Origin: Octopus sinensis
Taxonomy: Eukaryota
Direction of reading: 5' to 3'
NCBI RefSeq assembly: GCF_006345805.1
Contig: NC_043008.1
Location: 18,724,001-18,788,000, forward strand
DNA: 64,000 nucleotides
Shown here: one piece after another, positions 11,761 through 26,850 of the stretch
Layout of the letters: every line of letters starts with the position of its first letter
How positions within the stretch are numbered: the first letter of the stretch is position 1
Program-made: the position numbers and the translations under genes
Notes under the pieces: model-generated
Database searches by the model: none
The model's input: only the letters and a program-made list of their open reading frames with translations
What the model was told of the DNA's origin: nothing

Positions 11761-12506
11761 ATAAAGTATTCACGCTTGAATCTGCTAGAAGGTATAAAAA
11801 ACGAAGAGATATTGGAATTGTTACTGTTCTAATGGCACCTCATGCATTATTATTCATTTGAACGACACCAGTATGCATCTGCAAATTATTTGACTGTTGG
11901 TTTCAATAAACAAGAGCTTGAACTCTTGTTATAATGTCGGTCCGAGGAAGATTTCACTGATGAGAAAGAATAAGATCGAACACTCCGGTATCTCAAAGCC
12001 CCCTTACGCCAGTAAATCATATGTATTATGAACACACATCATCCGAGGGCAAAAGCTATCCTCCGATGACGAAACACAAAAGCGATGAGATATTTGCATT
12101 CGAATTTCCAATAATGCACCACGAATAAATTAGGTACGATATTGTATTTTCTTTAGTTTTCACATTTATGGATTGTCAATAATTTTCGATACACTACACA
12201 AGTTGACTGTATGTATAATATTTAATACAAAACTAACACATATTAATGTTCTGTAAGCCATATATACATCTAGTAATAACAAAAAAACATATTTCTATTA
12301 TATTCAACGTAATGGCTGCAGTCAGATTCCAAATGGCAATTTTCATATAGATGTTTGCCATTAAGTATTAACACTTTACAACATACGTGTATATAAAAAA
12401 AGTGTGTATACGCAAGTAATTTTATGTATTGTTATTACTGTTATGTTGGTGAGTTGCACCTTGCTTATATAATATAATATAATATAATATGATAGGATAT
12501 ATATAT

Positions 12507-12608
<102 letters not shown>

Positions 12609-12884
12609 GTAAGCCTGTATCAATGTACGTATAATATTGTTATACTATAATGTATCATATTATTATATTATCTTGGCATATATAAATATATACATAGAGA
12701 GAGAGAGAGGAGTGGGAAAGACAGAGAAAGCGAGACAAAGAGAGAGATACCAATATTTGTATTTAGCCAAGACATTGCATGCTTCATATAAATAAGGAAC
12801 ATGTGACTAATATAAACTATAGAAATTCGTCCGATTAATCCGATATTCGGGAATGAAACTCATAGTAGCTCACGTTCAAATCCT

Positions 12885-13071
12885 ATTCTTTTATTCTTTT
12901 ACTTGTTTCAGTCATTTGACTGCGGCCATGCTGGGGCACCGATCAAAGCGAACAAATCGACCCCAGGACTTATTCTTTGTAAGCCTAGTACTTATACTAT
13001 CGGTCTCTTTTTCCGAACCGCTAAGTTACGGTGGGGGGCAGACACACACACACACACACAAATATATGTAT

Positions 13072-13137
<66 letters not shown>

Positions 13138-13185
13138 CGGGCTTCTTTCAAATTCCGTCTAACAAATCCACTCACAAGGTTTATA
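12885..13185 (-). mobile_element. SINE family B
   Basis: Reverse complement of the family B 3' half, microsatellite and CORE-side flank. Confidence 0.8.
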
Positions 13186-13620
13186 TTTAACAAGGCCCTA
13201 TATTTCAGAAATATTTATTTGTAGTTGAATAAATTACATTTTTTGTAGTTGATTCCTATCCATAAAGGAATAAGAAATACACTATGTACATTTATTATTT
13301 TTTTAAATCTTTTATTTTTTGTTTAATCATTAGACAGCGACAATGCTGGAGCAACGCCTTGGAGAATTTTAGTAGACGGAACCGACGCTAGTTGTTGTCT
13401 TGTCATATACTGTCTCTTACTTTATTATCATCTTATAATTATCTCATAATAATGACTTTTATGACTTGTATTACTACCTCAGTCAATCTAAATGTATATA
13501 TTTGCCGTTACCTCTCATACATAGCTTTTTTCTATTTGCAATATACATTTTCGTTGATTTTTCATATTTTACCCTTACATTTCCACGTGTATTTTATATT
13601 TTCTTTTCGTAACATATTTC

Positions 13621-13692
<72 letters not shown>

Positions 13693-14084
13693 CATTACTC
13701 ATCACTGTTTGTTATATCTTATCGGCGAATTTTTTCCTATCATGAGACGTCTGCCAGTGGATTCTTGTTGCAGACGAAGCCCAAAGTGGCAATAACGAAC
13801 ATGTAGCAATGCCACCACTGCTGCTGAACATTTATCGTCTGCCCCTGGTATTTTCACCTTTTTTTAACTATACGTCTATAAGAGATATTATCTTGGCAGA
13901 TATATACCGGAGTACTTCAGGCTTTTACTGTAAATATAATACGCAAATTGCTATTTTAAACTAATTCGTCTTCTAATGCTCTCTCTATAATTTCATTTTG
14001 GTAGTCTTCAAACATTTGCGTGATGCATTGGTATGTTCCTGAACGTTAAACTCTTGCATACATGTTTCTCAAGTAATAAATGAT

Positions 14085-14655
<571 letters not shown>

Positions 14656-15189
14656 TCCAGTCAACAATAGAAAACACAAACATTTGGATTGAAGTTAGTT
14701 TTACAAATCAAAAATAGAAGAATGTAATTCATAATTCAAAGATATTTAGTTCAGAAAATATTGCAAGAAAAATTCTTATTTTTCATATTTTGTTCCTAGC
14801 ATTATTATTTATTTTCAAAATACGTCTCATTTTTTTATATTCCTTATCATTCTGTTTACTTATTTATAATTTCTTTTTTTTGGTTAGTAATATTTCATTT
14901 AAGTTTATGTTTTTTTTGTTTTTTTTTTCTAGTTTGTGTATTTTAGAGCGTGCCACATCAAATAAGCAAAGCATTATTTTATTGGGTATATGATACATTT
15001 AATAAGACAGATTCAAGTGCTTTGGGAGAGCTTGGCACCACTTGGCCAGTCTACGTGGCAACACATGTCACAACCGGTGTCAAAATTGTCAAAATAGTAT
15101 TTTTTTCTGAATCTCTTTTTCTTTAGAGCTTGCAATTTTCAAGAACACGTATATATACACACACACACACAGACACATAAGCTCAGGTA

Positions 15190-15460
15190 ATCATACTCAT
15201 ACAAACACACACACACAAACACACACATACACAAACATATACACACATGAATTATTCTTCTCGATGAGTGTGTAGACTCTCTGGTGATATACATATACAT
15301 ATATATTCGTTAGTGTGTGTGTATCTGTATATTTGTAGGTATTTATAAATATATGTATATAGTATATATTTATGTATATATATATATGTATATATATTAT
15401 ATATATAATAATATATGTATATATATATAATACATATAATATATATATATATATATATAA

Positions 15461-15556
<96 letters not shown>

Positions 15557-15860
15557 CACGTATATTTTGTATGTGTGTGTATTGTATACGTGTGTATATA
15601 CACACATGTATAAAGACACACGCACTATCATACCAACATGTGCAGGGGGGCACGTAAACCAATATCCTTTATAAAGTTTGTCTCCCTGTATCTCTCCCTC
15701 TTTCTCTCTCACTCCCTTTTTCTCTCTCTCCCTCTTTCTCCCTCTCTCGCTCTCTCCGATATTTTCTATTAATATATATGTAATTACATAGATTCATGTG
15801 TGTCCAGATTTCTGTCTATATGTGTGTGTGTGTGTGTGTGTGTATTCCCATATGGCTCTG

Positions 15861-15891
<31 letters not shown>

Positions 15892-16422
15892 TGTGTGTGT
15901 GTGTGTGCATATTTAGATTTACGAGCATGCATCAGAGTGAGTTTGAAATATTTATTATAATACGTTACATACAACTGACATAATTTGTAGAAATGTGATT
16001 TTCTGAACATAGGCGTTTGCAGCGGTATATACATAAACAGACACACAGACAGATACATACACACACACACACACACACACATACACACACACACACACAC
16101 ATACACACACACAGAAAGGCTGACATAGACATAGACACATACACACATATATATATATAGATATACTTATATGTATCAGTAATATATATATAGCATGGCC
16201 GCAGTCAAATGACTGAAACAAGTAAAAGAGTAAAAGAGTAAAAGAGTAAAAGAATATATACATTGATACATACATACATGCACACATACATACGTACATA
16301 CATACATACATACATACATACATACATACTAACATACATACATACATAAATACATACATACTAACATGCATACATACATACATACATACATACTAACATA
16401 CATACATACATACTAACATGCG

Positions 16423-16456
<34 letters not shown>

Positions 16457-16870
16457 CTAACATGCATACATACATAGATACATACATACTAACATACATA
16501 CATACATACATACTAACATGCATACATACATACATACATACTAACATGCATACATACATACATACATACTATCATGCATACATACATACATACATACATA
16601 CATACATACATACATACATACATACATACATACATACGGAAATACATACATACAAACATGCATACATACATACATACATGCATACATACTAACATGCATA
16701 CATACATACATACATACATACATACATACATACAAACACGTATGCATACATACATACATACATACAAACACGTATGCATACATACATACATACATACACA
16801 CATACATACATACATACATACATGCATACATACATACATACATACATACATACTTACATACATACATATA
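15190..16870. repeat. Microsatellite cluster: (TA)n, (TG)n/(CA)n and a long (CATA)n array (16260-16870) with a SINE-B tail at 16190-16255
   Basis: Direct reading. Confidence 0.9.
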
Positions 16871-17285
16871 ATTCACCTGGTTTTACCTAGGATTTTAACT
16901 AAGGACCTGTACCGACCAACATTCATAACCTCTGGAAAAAGATGAGTTATGAACATCATTATCCTGCTTATATTCTTTTAACTTTACTCTGTATTCTTAT
17001 ATTTTATTCCTTGTAAACTTTGAATCTTATTCCCTGTAAAAAAACTGTAACTTTTCTCTGTCTAAAATATTCATACCTTGTCTCTGATGACGGAATACCC
17101 AGTGAGTGGAAATACTAACCTACCGCTTATGTTATTCCTCAAACGGTAGTAAGACTGCAAATTCACCTTACCCTAACTAAATTATTCTAAATGCCTTGAG
17201 ATACTACTTCTGCCTTGGTCTTGATTTTTCCTCCTATATAATATATACCTGCTATAACGAAACCCTAATACGGATCGCTAAATAT
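16870..17285 (+). mobile_element. Putative Penelope-like terminal repeat (pLTR) segment carrying a hammerhead motif
   Basis: Shares blocks with the minus strand of 26930-27370 (GGATTTTAAC, AAG.TG..TATGAACAT, GTCTCTGATGAC.GAATA, GTAAGA, TTGAGAT..TGCCTT). Confidence 0.5.
17080..17155 (+). ncRNA. Degenerate type I hammerhead ribozyme motif
   Basis: GTCT-CTGATGA-C-GGAATA...TATTCC-T-CAAA(for GAAA)-C-GGTA-GTA-AGAC: stems I and II are present, but core G12 is mutated. Confidence 0.55.
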
Positions 17286-17363
17286 ACATACATACATTTA
17301 TATATATACATATATGTGTGTGTTTGTGTGAGTGTGTAAACATGTGTATGAATATATATATAT

Positions 17364-17407
<44 letters not shown>

Positions 17408-17468
17408 TATATACACACAGAGGGTGGGCGAGAGGGGGAGACAGATAAGCATACTTAAGTATACTTAC

Positions 17469-17501
<33 letters not shown>

Positions 17502-17541
17502 TATCTACATACATATATATATATACATATATATATACAAT

Positions 17542-17576
<35 letters not shown>

Positions 17577-17755
17577 CATACATATATATATATATATAAT
17601 ATATATATTATATAATATATATTATATATATATATATATATATACACATGTATCCCAGAGTAAGCACATAAATGTGAAACAAGTGGAAAAAATAATACTC
17701 GAATACCGGAGGTAGAGTAATATGCTTTATTAATAAAGCTACAAGACATCACGTG

Positions 17756-17834
<79 letters not shown>

Positions 17835-18117
17835 GGGTGACGAAAACATATATATTAATACAAAAACAGGTCCGGATATGCCGAACACCGAGATAGTTTA
17901 ACTGATGATGACAATGGATATTGCCGAAACTGACGTCAATCTTAATAATTCTCGATCGGGATCTTTCGGACAATTATGGTCCCTGTCATCGTGTGTGCCT
18001 TCATTAATGTGCGTTAAGTATAGCATTTAGTTCTTTTTTCTAGCAATGTACGTATCTTTAACACCCTAGTCACATTTAGTGAGAATTTTGGTTAACCAAT
18101 GCAACCTGATAATGATG

Positions 18118-18193
<76 letters not shown>

Positions 18194-18239
18194 ACATAAA
18201 TACAGAGAGAGTGAGATTAATGCTTGTTTTTATGTTCAT

Positions 18240-19020
18240 TTGTGTTGAGAATTTGGCTTTGGGGTCAACACCACTAAAACCAACCCTATGGCAGCGATAT
18301 GTTGGTGACACCTTTATACTCTGGCCCCCACCAGGAAGATGTCCAAATGCTGTTAGCTCATGTAAACTCAATAAAGCCTTCCATACAGTTCACAAAGGAA
18401 AAGAAAAAAGACAATCCTCTAACATTCCTGGACGTATTAATAACACGCACCAAGCATAGATTCAGGACATCCGTATGCTGCAAGCCGAACTTCACTGGAC
18501 GATACGTTAACTTCAATTCCCACCATCTACACAGTGTAAAGAGAGGGATTGCTCAGTGCCTAAAACAAGAATATAAGCAGCGATCGTAATACACACCACG
18601 AAGGAATGATCAAGCTCAGTAACAATCTATTAAGCAACAACTACCCCAAAAATATACTATCTATTTCAATTATGACGAAAAGAGAGGATGAAACCAATAA
18701 ACAGTCTACAGTCTGTCTATTGTATGTGAAATGCCTCTCCGAAAAGATACAAAAGATATGCTGCCGATATGACACCAGGACAGTATTCAAGAGTAATACA
18801 ACACTTTGCAAATACCTCCTTCGGGTAAAAGCACCAATAGAAGAGAATATGACCAAAAACTGCGTGTACTGTATCCCATGAAGCTGTGGTAGATTATGCA
18901 AAGGTGAAACATGCCGCCCCCTCAAAATAAGGGTAGAGGACCATCGTGAAGCGGTGAGACGAGGAGATATTGATAAAACGGGTATAGCTGAGCATGTATG
19001 GAAAAATGGAGACCATAACA
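18240..19020 (+). pseudogene. Decayed Penelope-like retroelement ORF (RT C-terminal half plus GIY-YIG endonuclease)
   Basis: WQRYVGDTFILW (RYVDD motif), IQFTKE...LTFLDVLI, KPNFTGRYVNFNSHH...KRG, VYCIP*SCGRLCKGETCRPLKIRVEDH...IAEHVW. Multiple frameshifts and stops. Confidence 0.92.
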
Positions 19021-19061
19021 CCTGATGAAGGCTGGAGTGTATTTTAGCCGAAACGTTGTGT
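19018..19061 (+). ncRNA. Minimal type I hammerhead ribozyme motif (Penelope-type)
   Basis: ACAC-CTGATGA-A-GGCTGGA(GTGTAT)TTTAGCC-GAAA-CG-T-T-GTGT: intact core, stem I ACAC/GTGT, stem II, and palindromic AACGTT at stem III. Lies directly 3' of the Penelope ORF. Confidence 0.8.
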
Positions 19062-20369
19062 AACAACAAACAAGATGAGGACAAATATCCATCAAATGTA
19101 AATTATGTACATAATTCCTCATCTCTTAAATATAGAACTGCATTCAGCGCAGGTATTCTCTACTTTCACTGATCTTCAGCTTTATGCTAACATCCGCTGG
19201 GCAGCTGATTTCCACAGCCGTACACAGTTTCTCTTCTCTATCTCAAATATTTCTGTTTTGTTAGGTAGACACATGGTGTGACAGTATTTTCTCTACTTTC
19301 GCTGTTATTGGATTTAATCCCCTTGCGTTGACAATATAAACGTCAAATGTACAAAGTCCTATATTTACATCATTTGTAATTGGGTGTGTCAACTTGTTTT
19401 CCCTGAAAAGAATGTAGGTAGGGGATAAGTTTAGGCAGGTCCTGTCTTCACTTGTTGAAATTTAGGGTATTTCTGACGTATATGTCTTGACAGTGCACGT
19501 GCGAGGATCGTTGTCTAATTCAAAAACCAATTCAACTAAGTATTTTGCAAAAGACACTAACAGTCACTCCGAAAACTGACAATATCTATAACAGCATCAG
19601 ACACTATCACAGTAATGAGGATTTTCTGGCATAAGTTATTTATCAGTAAGCTTTTTTTAAACAACTATCTAAAAATATATAGGATGATGTTGAAGAATCA
19701 TGAAACCCGAGTGAGATACATTCCAGTTTCTGATTAGACGATGGAACATATTTACACCAATTACGCCTTATTAAGACTGTATAATAAAACTGTATAATAA
19801 AACACCTAATCCGATTTCTTCTCGTTATAAATCCACTTATTAATGATCCCCAAATTACAAATTTTTAATCACTCCAAAACATGAGATTTTAAAAATAATT
19901 GATATTTAAAAATAAAAAATAAAACCCCACAACGGTAACATTCGCAAGTCTGGCAAATTTCAAAACAAGATTAAAATACTATACGTTGTTTATGATATGT
20001 ATGTAGCAGGAAGCCTTGATCTCAATAAGAAATCTTATTTTGACCATTAACCTCTGGCTAAATAAACTTGAAAGAAGAGACATGACAGAGGCTCTATGAT
20101 TCTATACTTTCATTCTCCAGGATCAATCGCTTCCAATAAAGACACTACGTTAGCTTTGGTCTAATTAAATGCTGTCACCATTTATCTAGTGCTTCAGGTT
20201 GGCAGTATTTTTTTTTTCTTTATTGTCTGTACTCCCATCAAGGAGTCACACAGAAAGGTCAAATGCTGTACTGTTGTTTAATGAAACTTGAAGCAAATCA
20301 TATACGGAGATTGCTTTATTAGTTATGTCTATTATTAACACAGACATATAAGTGTAAGTAGCTTTGTAT

Positions 20370-20704
20370 GCGATAGTGTGTATGTATATACACGTACACA
20401 CACGCATATACATCCGTCTATATACTTATATATATATATGTATCTATGTATTATGTATATATACATATATGTATATATGTATAAGTATGTATAAGTATGT
20501 ATATATATATATATATTTATATAGAGAGAGAGGAGAGAAAGGGAGAGAGAGATGTATATGCGTGTGTGTATATATATATGTATGTATGTATGTATGTATA
20601 TCTATTTATACATATAGATTTATAGATATAGATATATGTATGCATACATAGACCTACATATAATACACGCTCGCAGCATATACAGACATACACATACACA
20701 CACA

Positions 20705-20735
<31 letters not shown>

Positions 20736-20736
20736 C

Positions 20737-20773
<37 letters not shown>

Positions 20774-20790
20774 ATATATATATATAATTG
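20370..20790. repeat. TA/CA/GA compound microsatellite
   Basis: Direct reading. Confidence 0.9.
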
Positions 20791-21310
20791 TATGTTCGGC
20801 TTCATCGATAGTCTGATAAACGCAAGCAAGCCGAAAGTTTGAAGTCAATGTCAACCTTTTATTTGTAAAAGTCAATATCTCTGTGTGTTTATGTATGTAT
20901 GTCTGTATGTAGGTATGTATATATGTATGTATAAATCATGTGTGCTATTTACTGTCAATAAAGAAAACAAGCTCATTCCTATTCTGAAGCAAGTTTTATT
21001 ATGTTTATCAGAATATTCAAAGTTTCGAAGTTACACATAGTTTCATCTGGGGTGGGAATCGTCAGATGGGAAAATTACGTAAAACAGAGGCAGTACTTGC
21101 AAAATACCTAGTATACTCTTTCATAGGAGTTTCTAGGTACTTATATTTAGAATTATGTCTGTGCGTGTATTTTAGAATGTGCTGGCTGTTTACAAATATA
21201 AAGCTGTTTAATCGTTCGGTTTCTTGCACCCGGGAGTAAAATGAGGTTAAATATATTTAAGTAGGTAGGCATTTTGGCCATGTCTATATAGATAGAATAA
21301 AAATGACATA

Positions 21311-21532
21311 CAGTAATTCCTCGACTATCGCGATTTCTACGTTCCAAAATCCCACACGATAGGTGAAAATCCGTGAAGTAGAAACAGTACTGTACGGGTT
21401 TTTTTTAGTAATATTTTATAATTTGTACATATTTATTTTTATTATAAATGCAAAACAACACCACAGATGAATCGACGTAAGCTTAAATAGTAAACCGCAA
21501 TAGGTGAACAGCGAAATGGCGAAGGATTACTA
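21311..21532. mobile_element. Tigger/pogo-like MITE (second copy)
   Basis: TA|CAGTAATTCCTCGACTATCGC...GCGAAATGGCGAAGGATTACTA|TA; colinear with 8694-8912. Confidence 0.85.
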
Positions 21533-21954
21533 TACATGTTTGTGGCATAGATACTAGTGACGGGGGAGAGTGTAGAATTCTAGTAAGGGTTACTGTGGGC
21601 ACACTAATGTAAAAATCATATGGCACAAACCTGTTTCAATGCAGGGACGGACGAAGCTGGAAATTAAAAAGTAAATTAAAAAGAGATTAAGTGATCTGTA
21701 TTTAAGAAATATTAAGAGAAGTGAAAGAGGTTGGTGATCGGATAATATAGTGGGTTATCTGGAAAGTTCTTACCGATTTATAATAGTTTCCCTTCCGACT
21801 TATTTTAGAACATGGTTGAGTCTATAAAATAGGTTTTGACTACACCTCCATTTAGAGCACAGTTTAAGCTATCTTTTAGTGGAAGAAGGTTTATGTTCCT
21901 ATAACCTCTGTTAATTCTGTAACCCTTTAAAATGGAAGATAAGAAGGTTCATTT

Positions 21955-22309
21955 TCACTTGATGCTTTGAGAACCAGACAAAAATTGTAGCAGCTCGTTT
22001 GGAATGTGTTACCCCAAACTCCATATTCACCAGATATTCTCCTTCGGATTTCCACTTATTCAGGTCTCTGCAGAATAGTCTTAATCGTAAAAATTTCAAT
22101 TCCTTGGATGATGTAAAAAGATACCTTGATGAAATTTTTGCCATGAAACCACCTCAATTTTGGGAAGAGGGTATTTTCAAGTTAAAGGAAAGATAGAGAC
22201 GCATTGTGCAACAAAATGGTTCATATTTGGTTGATTAAAACTAATGGTAAGTATTTATTGACTTTTTTCTTTCCTTTAAAAATCGGCACGGATTTTCCGG
22301 ACAACTCAA
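21955..22309 (+). mobile_element. Mariner transposon 3' end (decayed DD34D transposase C-terminus plus TIR)
   Basis: RTRQKL*QLVWNVLP..PYSP / SPSDFHLFRSLQNSL...FWEEGIFKLKER*RRIVQQNGSY; terminus ...TTTTCCGGACAACTCAA|TA. Confidence 0.9.
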
Positions 22310-22499
22310 TAGTTGGTGCAATTTGAAGTTATAAAATTAGTAGCTTAAATATGATTACTGGTAGTTGTATATGATTGTGGAAGAAAAGGGGTCTGATGAA
22401 TTGTTTGAGAGTTATCATTAAAAGTGAAAAAAATGTGCAAGGAAAGCTGATCATATCAAACTGGAAAAAGGGTCTCATGCACTATAGTGATAAACAATA

Positions 22500-22593
22500 T
22501 TCATACATATATGTGTGTATGTATGTATGTATGTGTGTATGTTTGTACGTATGTATGTATGTATGTATGTATGTATGTTTGTATGTATGTGTG

Positions 22594-22625
<32 letters not shown>

Positions 22626-22690
22626 TGTGTGTATGTATGTATGTATGTATGTGTGTATATATGTATATATGTATGTATGTATGTATTATG
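22500..22690 (+). repeat. (TATG)n microsatellite
   Basis: Direct reading. Confidence 0.95.
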
Positions 22691-24789
22691 TATAGGTGCA
22701 GATTTGTATCTTTTGTTTTATGTATGTCTTCTCATGCATATACTTGCAATATCTAGACATGCTCATATATATACTTAAATGAAAAACTTCTGCAAAGTTT
22801 TACAGATTCTTACATTTCCAGTGATGGCTTGGAACTCTAATCTGTCAATTAGCTTTCTCATTTCTCGTTTTAAGAAGCTTAATTTCTCCAGATTGGTATT
22901 TAGGTAGCGTATTGTATATATGCATACGCTCTCACCCTCTCACTGTATGTGCATGTGTGTGCGGGCGCATGTATGTGTACAGAGTGTAGGGGAGAGAGAA
23001 AGACACATATACATTTTCATAAATGCAAACGTTTAGACTTATGAATATATTTTTATTCAGCAAACATACGAAGAAAAATTTGAACATTCTGTATATTACA
23101 AAGTCATATGTATTCATTCACAAGTGTATAAGTACTTGCGTACTGGTCCCTATTATTAGGAACGGTTTTCATTTTGTATTCTTTCAATATACTGATTCTG
23201 ATAGTTTATGGTTAGAGGAAACATATGCTATATTCCGTTTAGAGAACATGTTTTATATATATATATGAAAAATGTATTCTTTTATTCTCCTGTTCGCATT
23301 CATTTTTACATATACCATGTTTGAATTTTATTTGTTATCCGCTCAATTTTTAGTTTGTTATTTATGCTTTTACCGTTCGAAATGATAGTTTCAATAGCTG
23401 TATAATTTGCTTTAGTTTCTATGAATAACTATTATTAAGTATTAGTTTGTTTACTCAACTAATTTCTTTCCGCAATATTGCTTGTTACAGAAGAAAATGT
23501 AAAAAGCCTTTGCAACCGGAATTATATAACTGAAGTTTTGTATTACTTGACATTCCTTCCCAGTTTTATGCTATTGCTGTTTTCATTGTTCCATTGTCGT
23601 GGTTTTCCTTGTGTTTGGTTTTTGCTGAGTCGGCAAGTTAAAGAAAGCCTACGATCAAAGATATTAATGCTGAGACCTATCCATTCTTATCTCGGTCACC
23701 ATTATGTATACAAGAATACGTTAGTATACCTGCCTTTCAAAATTAGAGTGTATTTCGAAAGAAACAGAGAAACACAGGAACGCAGAGAGAGAGAGACAGA
23801 AGCAGACGCCTGCTACGTCTACCAAGTCGAAAAACTATATAGAACAGTAATGGTATACTCGTATATACAAAGTATAGTAATTTTTTCAATTATAACATTT
23901 ATACAATATTCATACGCCTGTTTGCAACGTAGGTCGCGTTTCCACTACCACTTAAAACGGTTAGACCTGGAATGGAAAATCGTCCGGTAATTACTATTTG
24001 AATGGAAATTGTGTTTTCACGATAAAACACATATTACTAGGTTTGTACCAACCTCTTGAGACCCAACTACACTCTAGCTGAAAAATATAGAATATCTCAT
24101 AAGTAATATAAACGACCTAAATTCATTGGTGGCATTAATGAAGATGTTGCATGTTAATTTAATGTGTTAAGCTTATCTTAGTTAATGTATATGGAATTAT
24201 AGATACATATATACAAGATATACACACATATAAGAGTTGGAATTCGTGATCCACCCGCGGAACTTTTTCCTTGGAAATTTTTGCCCGCTGCACTAAAAAG
24301 TTCCCCCACTTCTGACGGAGAAGTACGTCTCAGTTCTACCAATAAAAGTCTTCGATTAAATGTTTATGAGACCTTCATAAGTTCAAAGATTAATCAGCAT
24401 CTGCTCTACCTTTCGAGACGGTTGAGTGTAATATGGGAGGCTTAGCTGCTATCTTTAGCAGATTGGTCCATCTTGATCAATTATAATATGTGTTTTATTC
24501 GGTTGAAGTCTCGACTATGTTGTTATGAAGCCGCCATAGATTCAATGAAAACTTAACAATTAACGACATTATTAATAATCGGCCTCCCTCCTAAATAAGG
24601 TTAGAATTGTATCATACACCAAAAAGTTTTAGGGTGAACGTTAGTAGTTTCTCGATTGGAGTTGTAGCAAAGAATTTAATACGTCAAATGTTTAGACGCT
24701 GAAGGGCAAGAGATTAATTCTAGACGCTTCAAAAAGATCTGAGTACACTTAATCCACTGTGTGTGTTGATTATACACGCGCAAGCATGC

Positions 24790-24824
24790 ATATATATATA
24801 CATATATATATATATATAATTATT

Positions 24825-24873
<49 letters not shown>

Positions 24874-24886
24874 GAGAGAGAAACAG

Positions 24887-24969
<83 letters not shown>

Positions 24970-25144
24970 CTGACAGATATTAGCCGCAGCTGTGATTGTC
25001 TGATAAGTAGTTTCCATATGGGCCACATGGTTCCGATTTAAGTCCCACCAACTTCTCAACAGCTGGGAAGACGTCTTCCACTAAAACTCAAGCAAACCAA
25101 AGCACTGAGTGGAGGTTTTAGGCGAAAACTGAAGAAACCCGTCA

Positions 25145-25242
<98 letters not shown>

Positions 25243-25780
25243 ATATATATATTAACAGAGGTCGCGAAAAAAGAAGCGACGGTGAGTGATGTCTAACACC
25301 GCTTATGCTGAAATAAAATCAGATTAACTCTAAACCCAATTTATTTTGCTTTTAGATTCTAATTAATTGCTAATAAGCCACCCATTTAATTTGTTATATA
25401 TATATATATATATATACAAAGAGAGAGAGAGAGGGAGAGAGAGAGAAAGAGAGAGAGAGGGGGGAGATAGATAGATACATACGTACGTACATACATACAT
25501 AGACATACAAATGTGAGCGTGTGTATTTATTTATTTGATTATTTATTTGTTTATTTATTTATTTGTGTATTAAGGATACCATTAATTTCATTTTAAGGGA
25601 CATATCTTGCTTGATACCTTAACAATTTATCAGGCCGATCACCTGTTGGAATGGTGTTCGTCTCCATTTTGGAAGAAAACAAAAGAGATCTCAGGAAAAG
25701 TCTCAGTAATTTTATCCAGCAATGCCGTGTTGAGCACTCGTTCTCGTCGTTTGACATGTACGTGTATATATATATATATA

Positions 25781-25817
<37 letters not shown>

Positions 25818-26120
25818 AGTGGGTATGTGTGAGTTAGTGTGTGTGTGTGTGCATATACATACTACAATATATTTGCAAGTATATATATATATATATGTAT
25901 ATATGTATATATATATATATGCGTATGTTTGTATGTATATATGTATGTGTGTGCATATGTACATGTGTGTGTTTGTGCATGTGTGTGTATGTTTGCGTTG
26001 GTCCCCCGTTACTGTTAGACTAAGTTACTTCAAGGCGGTCTATCAGCATGGTTACAGTCCAAAGAGTTAAATTAGTAAAACACACACACACACACATACA
26101 CACACACACACACACATATA
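24790..26120. repeat. TA/GATA/TG microsatellites interleaved with a SINE-B head (24985-25145) and tail (25985-26080)
   Basis: Direct reading; partial matches to family B. Confidence 0.75.
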
Positions 26121-26624
26121 TATACAAAGGGGGAGATGAAACAGACGACAGGAAAACAATAGCCGTGATATGTCAGTATGATTAAAATTCACAAAGGAAA
26201 TGATGCAAGCATTGCACATAGGGGTAATAATATTTCCATTATTGAAACGAATAGAGGAAATGAACTATTTCAAATGACGATGTTTTTATTGTTCTTCTGT
26301 TTTTCCATAATATATTATGCTTGCTTTGTTTGTCTATTAAAACTCATATTACTAGTGATGCAACAGATGTAGATTCGGGGTATAATACTTTATAATGAAC
26401 ATTGATTTAATTGTTTATTGGTCGTGAATACAAAACATATTATACAACGCACACACACACATTCACCTACACAAACACACACACACATACACACGTGTGT
26501 GTATATATATATAGAAAGAGAGAGACATATACATGCATACATATATGTGTATATTGACGATGTGAATTGATTGTATTGTGTATGTACACTCACACACACA
26601 CACACATATATATATATATGCTTT

Positions 26625-26850
26625 TTTGTTCTTTTACTCTTTTATTTGTTTCAGTCATCTGATTGCGGCCATGCTGGAGCATCGCCTTTAGTCGAACAAA
26701 TCGACCCCGGGATTCATTCCTTGTAAGACTATTACTTATTATATCGGTCTCTTTTGCCGAACCGCTAAGGTGTAGGGACGTAAACACACCAGTATCGGTT
26801 GTCAAGTGATGGTGGGGGTAACAAACACAGACACACAAACATATACACAC
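26625..26850 (-). mobile_element. SINE family B, 3' half
   Basis: TGTTTCAGTCAT...GGCCATGCTGGAGCA...GCCGAACCGCTAAG...GGGACGTAAACACACC. Confidence 0.85.

Noticed and set aside
11956-11995. CTGATGAGA...TCGAAC hammerhead-like string
   Set aside because: Stem II is only 2 bp and stem I cannot pair.
15197-16945. Numerous YI/CV/HT/MYVC-repeat ORFs here and throughout the window
   Set aside because: Read-through of TA, TG, CA and CATA repeats.
23478-23990. 170-aa ORF
   Set aside because: Near-cognate start, includes a GA repeat, AT-rich composition, no motif and no splice signals.
24235-24445. ~70-codon open frame GIRDPPAELFPWKFLPAALKSSPT...
   Set aside because: No start codon or credible splice sites, and no recognisable homology.
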